IMG/VR virus record: IMGVR_UViG_3300038406_000196
Location: 55,207 to 119,206 of that record
Length of the DNA: 64,000 nucleotides
Reading direction: 5' to 3' (one strand)
Source: a virus
Part shown: piece by piece, positions 62,434-64,000 of the stretch
How positions within the stretch are numbered: position 1 is the first letter of the stretch
Layout of the letters: each line of letters starts with the position of its first letter
Made by a program: the position numbers and the translations under genes
The notes under the pieces: model-generated
Databases searched by the model: none
What the model was told of the DNA's origin: nothing
The model's input: only the letters and a program-made list of their open reading frames with translations

Positions 62434-64000
62434 TCAGCCCTCCTTCGAGTTCGTGTCGGCCATGGCGGGCGCCGAGAACATCCGGTCCCACTCCGCCCAC
62501 TGCGGGTTGCTGCCCTGGTCGGCCTCGCCGGGTGCACCGGCCGAACCCTGCACCTCCACCGGCACCAGGCCCTTCTCCAGCCGGCCCAGGTTGTCCCTGG
62601 TGCCGTCCGGGTCGATCTCCCACGCCTGGGTCCAGTGCTCGACCCGGCTGGGGGCGATCCGCCCGTCGCCGACCGCTGCCTGGATGGTGCGGTCCCGGTC
62701 GTCGACCCGCTGCCGCTCGGCGGCCTTCGCACCCAGGGTGGCGTTGGTCCGCAGCTCGTCCAGCACGGACGCCTCGATGGTCACCACCCCCTCGGGCAGT
62801 GATGCGGCCACCGTCTGCGGCGGCTGCTCAGCCTTGGCCTTCAGCTCGTCGATCGCGGCATACACCGCGGTCTCGTCTGCGTCTTCGGCCAGGCCGAGCC
62901 TCTGACGCACCTCCATCGGGAACATGTCGTTCTCCTCGATCGTTGGGTTTCCCGGCTCGGCGGCCGGCGTCTGGGTTGGCGGGTCTGCGCTGGCGGACAT
63001 CGAGTGGCCGGCCATCTCGTGGAGGCTGTCCGGCGGCTCGTCGCCGATCTCGCCGTACAGCCGCACCAGCTTGCGGGCGGCGGAGCGGCGCATCTCGTCG
63101 GAGATGCCCTTGACGGCGCCGATGCCATGGCCGCCCGCTGCGGCGTGGACGGCGTTGCGGTTCAGCGTCCCGTCCGGCTCTCGGACCGGCAAGCCGTAGC
63201 GTTCCTTTGTGGACGCGTCGCCGTGCTCCGGCCCACGGTCGAGCAGCGTCGCCCGCCGCCACTCGGCGGGCGTGTAGTCGGCCTGCGTGTAGTCCGACCA
63301 CGGCCGGTCCGACACCTCGGCTGCCTGCACCTCGCTCGGCTCGCTCGGCTCCACGGGCTCGGGGTCCTCGGCCGGCTCGGCGGGCTCGAACCCCGGCGGC
63401 GGTGGTGGGTCGGTGACGATCGACGGGCGGGACTCGGCCGCGGATGCGTACACCATCCGTGACGCGGCCACCTTCTCGTCTTCCTCGTCCTCGACGTACT
63501 TCACCCGCACCGCCACCGGCTGGCTGAACCGGACCTCGCCGTCGTCGCCGACCTCGAAGTCGACGCGGGCCACGGTGCCGTCAGCGTCGTTGGCGACGAT
63601 CAGCCGCTTGGGCTGGGTGTGGAACTCGCGGATCCACGCCTGCTGCGGCGCCTGCCGATAGTAGGCGGTGCGCACGTCGTCCACGGACACCTGCGCGGCG
63701 GCGTGGATGATCGTCGGGTTGGGGTTCGGCAAGATGATCGCCTCCTGGTCAGGTGCGGATGCTGTCCGGCGGCCGACGTTGCGGCGATCTCCCGGATAGA
63801 CGCCCGTCGCTTCCCGGTGAAGCACCGAGCAGTACCCCTTGGGGTCGCGGAGGTGCTTCCGTAGCAATCGGACACACCTGGTCCAGTCACCGGGAGTATT
63901 CCAGCGAATACGGAGGGCGCCTTTCCCCGTGAGCCAGTACCTCCGAAGCGGGCGGTCCGAGCGGGTGATCCGACGGGACTCCTGCGCCACCACCTCGCTG
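62434..64000 (-). CDS. Multidomain capsid maturation protease/scaffold (5' end outside window)
   Basis: Position; C-terminal AVGDGRIAPS...W scaffold resembling Mu-type protease I; extra inserted domains. Confidence 0.7.
   Translation of the reverse strand, partial: SEVVAQESRRITRSDRPLRRYWLTGKGALRIRWNTPGDWTRCVRLLRKHLRDPKGYCSVLHREATGVYPGDRRNVGRRTASAPDQEAIILPNPNPTIIHAAAQVSVDDVRTAYYRQAPQQAWIREFHTQPKRLIVANDADGTVARVDFEVGDDGEVRFSQPVAVRVKYVEDEEDEKVAASRMVYASAAESRPSIVTDPPPPPGFEPAEPAEDPEPVEPSEPSEVQAAEVSDRPWSDYTQADYTPAEWRRATLLDRGPEHGDASTKERYGLPVREPDGTLNRNAVHAAAGGHGIGAVKGISDEMRRSAARKLVRLYGEIGDEPPDSLHEMAGHSMSASADPPTQTPAAEPGNPTIEENDMFPMEVRQRLGLAEDADETAVYAAIDELKAKAEQPPQTVAASLPEGVVTIEASVLDELRTNATLGAKAAERQRVDDRDRTIQAAVGDGRIAPSRVEHWTQAWEIDPDGTRDNLGRLEKGLVPVEVQGSAGAPGEADQGSNPQWAEWDRMFSAPAMADTNSKEG

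Noticed and set aside
60798-63113. 771-aa plus-strand ORF (likewise 43674-45317 and 50953-52758)
   Set aside because: Antisense shadows of capsid, tape measure and fibre genes.
1-64000. tRNA, rRNA, terminase, portal and replication genes
   Set aside because: None recognised by eye; terminase, portal and replication genes probably lie outside the window. tRNAscan was not run.

Overview
High-GC actinobacterial temperate siphovirus DNA (host probably Micromonosporaceae-like; inference from gene content). An apparently intact serine-integrase attP suggests the free or excised form. 1-34.7 kb is the accessory/regulatory arm: large serine integrase, GntR/XRE/AlpA/MerR-like regulators, an LPXTG protein, a PseT-type phosphatase plus RlaP-like nucleotidyltransferase, an early operon with a boxA-like element and a structured leader RNA, an AICE-like transfer module (TM-HTH protein, FtsK/TraB-like ATPase with a class 3 intein, small membrane proteins, Nudix), and an ABC binding protein plus permease with no ATPase. 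34.7-64 kb is the late operon on the minus strand: lysis, tail, tape measure, frameshifted chaperone, neck, a His-rich 22-aa-repeat fibre, capsid and protease/scaffold. The main signals are (i) a six-enzyme glycan-modification cassette just downstream of the capsid gene, whose last glycosyltransferase carries a copy of a small capsid-operon domain and which is interrupted by a tnpB-only IS; (ii) about 24 SCGGAYAS octamers inside the coding sequence of the membrane-HTH gene of the transfer module; (iii) a roughly 210-nt structured early RNA. All calls come from reading motifs by eye; no database searches were run.
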